Shown: one piece after another, positions 62,101 to 64,000 of the stretch
Layout of the letters: each line of letters starts with the position of its first letter
How positions within the stretch are numbered: position 1 is the first letter of the stretch
Source of the DNA: Antedon mediterranea
Taxonomy: Eukaryota; Animalia; Echinodermata
NCBI RefSeq assembly: GCF_964355755.1
Contig: NC_092670.1
Location: 39,110,388-39,174,387, forward strand
Direction of reading: 5' to 3'
Length of the DNA: 64,000 nucleotides
Notes under the pieces: model-generated
Told to the model about the DNA's origin: nothing
The model's input: only the letters and a program-made list of their open reading frames with translations
Database searches by the model: none
Translations under genes and position numbers: made by a program

Positions 62101-63065
62101 GCTTCACTACAACCTAAACAAAAAAGATGAAATATCACAAGGTCAAAGGCCACCAAATGTTATGAAAATGTAAATAAACAAAGAAACTTCTACTTCCTAA
62201 TAAGGTCACAGGGTGTATTCACCATTAACATACAAACATGGTAGTGAAGTCCAATCCACAATTACGATTCTCCAACTATCTATTCTTAAATTACTAAACA
62301 AAAATATTTATTGATAAAAAATGTCAAGAAACAAGAAATTGAACTTTGTACCGGTCAATCCAGGAAGTATGATCACAGTTGGTCTCACTTGATTATTATA
62401 CGTTTTACTGGCTTCTTCATTATCCTCCCAATGTAGGCTGATTTCTCCTCCATCTTTGGTTAAAATCTTTTCTCTGGAAGAAAAAAACAACTTTATTGAA
62501 GTTACAAATGAATATTCATATTTATATAATTAACATTGTCAAAGATATCTTTATTAGTTCTGTAAAAAATGTATTGAAAAAAAACACAATATTTGATGAT
62601 ACCGAGACCCAAAAAAAAAAAAAAGTTAAACCACACCACCAACCATTGCCTCACCAACTCCCTGCCACATAGCTTATTGGCCTGCTTCTCTTGCTAAACA
62701 ATTTAAGCTCTGTCTACACTATCAAACTTTATGTGAAAAAAAAAAAATGTGATGTGCGCATACAGTATATGGACATGATGATGTCATATCACTACCATAT
62801 TTGAACTTATCACTACCATATTTGAACATATCACTTCCATATTTGGGCACATCACACTTTTTTATGTCAAACTAGTTTGATAGTGTAGACAGAGCTGTAG
62901 TTACCTTCTATATTTATGTTGTGGCGGCGATTGTATCAATGTTGGTACTACAGTTTGTAAGTGAGCTCCTACACACCAAAATGTAGGCCAATACATCGTC
63001 TTTAAACTGCGACAGTGGTTCAACAAAAACTTCTTTAACTTCGGACCACTATAAACGCCAGGTTT
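59125..63065 (-). CDS. ABHD3: Alpha/beta hydrolase domain protein, ABHD1/ABHD3-like phospholipase, 5'-partial
   Basis: Exons 63065-62905, 62473-62352, 62113-62007, 61747-61635, 61170-60997, 60551-60494, 59963-59798, 59312-59125 join in frame. Motifs YWPTFWC..AHLQT, DGGEISLHW, ILPGLTG, VVFNNRG, nucleophile GASLGG, NAENDPF (Asp), HGGHLGF (His). First exon not found in window. Confidence 0.92.
62706..62896. mobile_element. MITE family A, full-length copy in an ABHD intron
   Basis: Perfect TIRs AGCTCTGTCTACACTATCAAACT ... AGTTTGATAGTGTAGACAGAGCT and three internal ATCACTACCATATTTG-type repeats. Confidence 0.85.
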
Positions 63066-63241
63066 CTGTTGAGAACAAAACAAGTACATTTTTATTTTTA
63101 TAACTTTTTCATCTTTAATTTAAAATGTCTTTAATGAACAAAATCAGTATTGTTAAGTCGCCCCATCGCAAAGCATGGAACATATATCTTATCTTATCAG
63201 TCAGGCAAGCTAGACAAAGAAGTATGGTAGTAGAGTAGTAC

Positions 63242-63275
63242 CATGGAGCTATAAAATTAATTTTATAGCTCCATG
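63242..63275. mobile_element. 34-bp (17+17) perfect palindrome, P-type transposon footprint
   Basis: CATGGAGCTATAAAATT/AATTTTATAGCTCCATG flanked by the 7-bp direct repeat GTAGTAC. Confidence 0.75.
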
Positions 63276-63293
63276 GTAGTACGGGATCCAGTC

Positions 63294-63475
63294 AAGTCGC
63301 CCCATCGCAAAGTCGCCCCATACAAAGTCGCCCAATACAAAGTCGCCCCATCGCAAAGTCGCCCCAAAACAAAGTCGCTCCGGCACAGTCGCCCCATCGC
63401 AAAGTCGCCCCATTACAAAGTCGCCCCATCGCAAAGTCACCCCATCGCAAAGTCGCCCTATCGCAAAGTCGCCCA
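63294..63475 (+). repeat. 16-17 bp minisatellite (AAAGTCGCCCCATCGC)n, about 11 copies
   Basis: Directly visible tandem units, with a solitary unit near 63155. Probably the subterminal repeats of a transposon. Confidence 0.9.
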
Positions 63476-64000
63476 CGGTTTTATTTCGGTATGACTATGA
63501 AGCGCCGCCGCTATTACTAGTAGTACGCTGTTTTAATCATATCGGTTGCGTTTGATATCGATTGCGTTGTTACTTTGGTCGCGCTAAATGTCGTATAGGC
63601 CTAGGCCTACATTATAATGTTTATCCTATTATATACATAATTTGTATTTTTATTTTTATTTTACAGGTTTTAATGGAGTGATGTGCTTTTTAGAAATCAT
63701 TAAAAAAACAGTCCCTTGTTTGAAAGTTCTAAAAAGATTATCCCTGATTTATAGTTTCGAAAATGTTAATTTAATATGATTTTAAAATTAGTTACAAGAG
63801 CCACAATTACGAATCTTTCTTCAACCTACCAGGTCATTTTTTATGATAATATAATAAGTATATAAATGTGTAGTAGGCCTTCGTATAGATTTATAGTAGT
63901 TGTAAGACAATAGTGTTATAGGCTACTTATTGATCACTTTGCATTTATTGACAAGTTATGTGTCTGTTGTTATTTAATTTTATTATGACTTTTAAAAATG

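Noticed and set aside
63249-63494. Repetitive ORFs on both strands (GDFAMGRL/KSPHRKVAP)
   Set aside because: Products of the 16-17 bp minisatellite.

Overview
AT-rich animal genomic DNA with spliceosomal GT-AG introns, most likely from an echinoderm or other marine deuterostome (inferred from the hyalin-type repeats and the repeat families). I assembled four genes by hand from splice sites and frame continuity. (1) 2661-40189 (+): the 3' part (57 exons, about 4,280 aa in window, 5' end upstream) of a giant single-pass membrane protein. It has at least 45 diverged HYR (hyalin) domains, almost all one per phase-1 exon, followed by SEA-SEA-EGF-cbEGF-SEA(GSIVV)-EGF-TM and a Tyr-rich tail. This is a transmembrane-mucin anchor carrying a folded HYR rod instead of a PTS domain. 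(2) 41465-47362 (-): a complete 4-exon clan-2 cytochrome P450 (490 aa). (3) 49239-57765 (+): a complete 7-exon secreted mosaic protein (signal peptide, degenerate F-type lectin, kringle, LamG/pentraxin-like, PAN/apple; 563 aa). (4) 59125-63065 (-): an ABHD1/3-type hydrolase lacking its first exon. Introns carry many MITEs, SINEs and LINE fragments, plus a P-type non-autonomous element and two probable P-element excision footprints. All domain calls come from motif recognition by eye; no database search was run.
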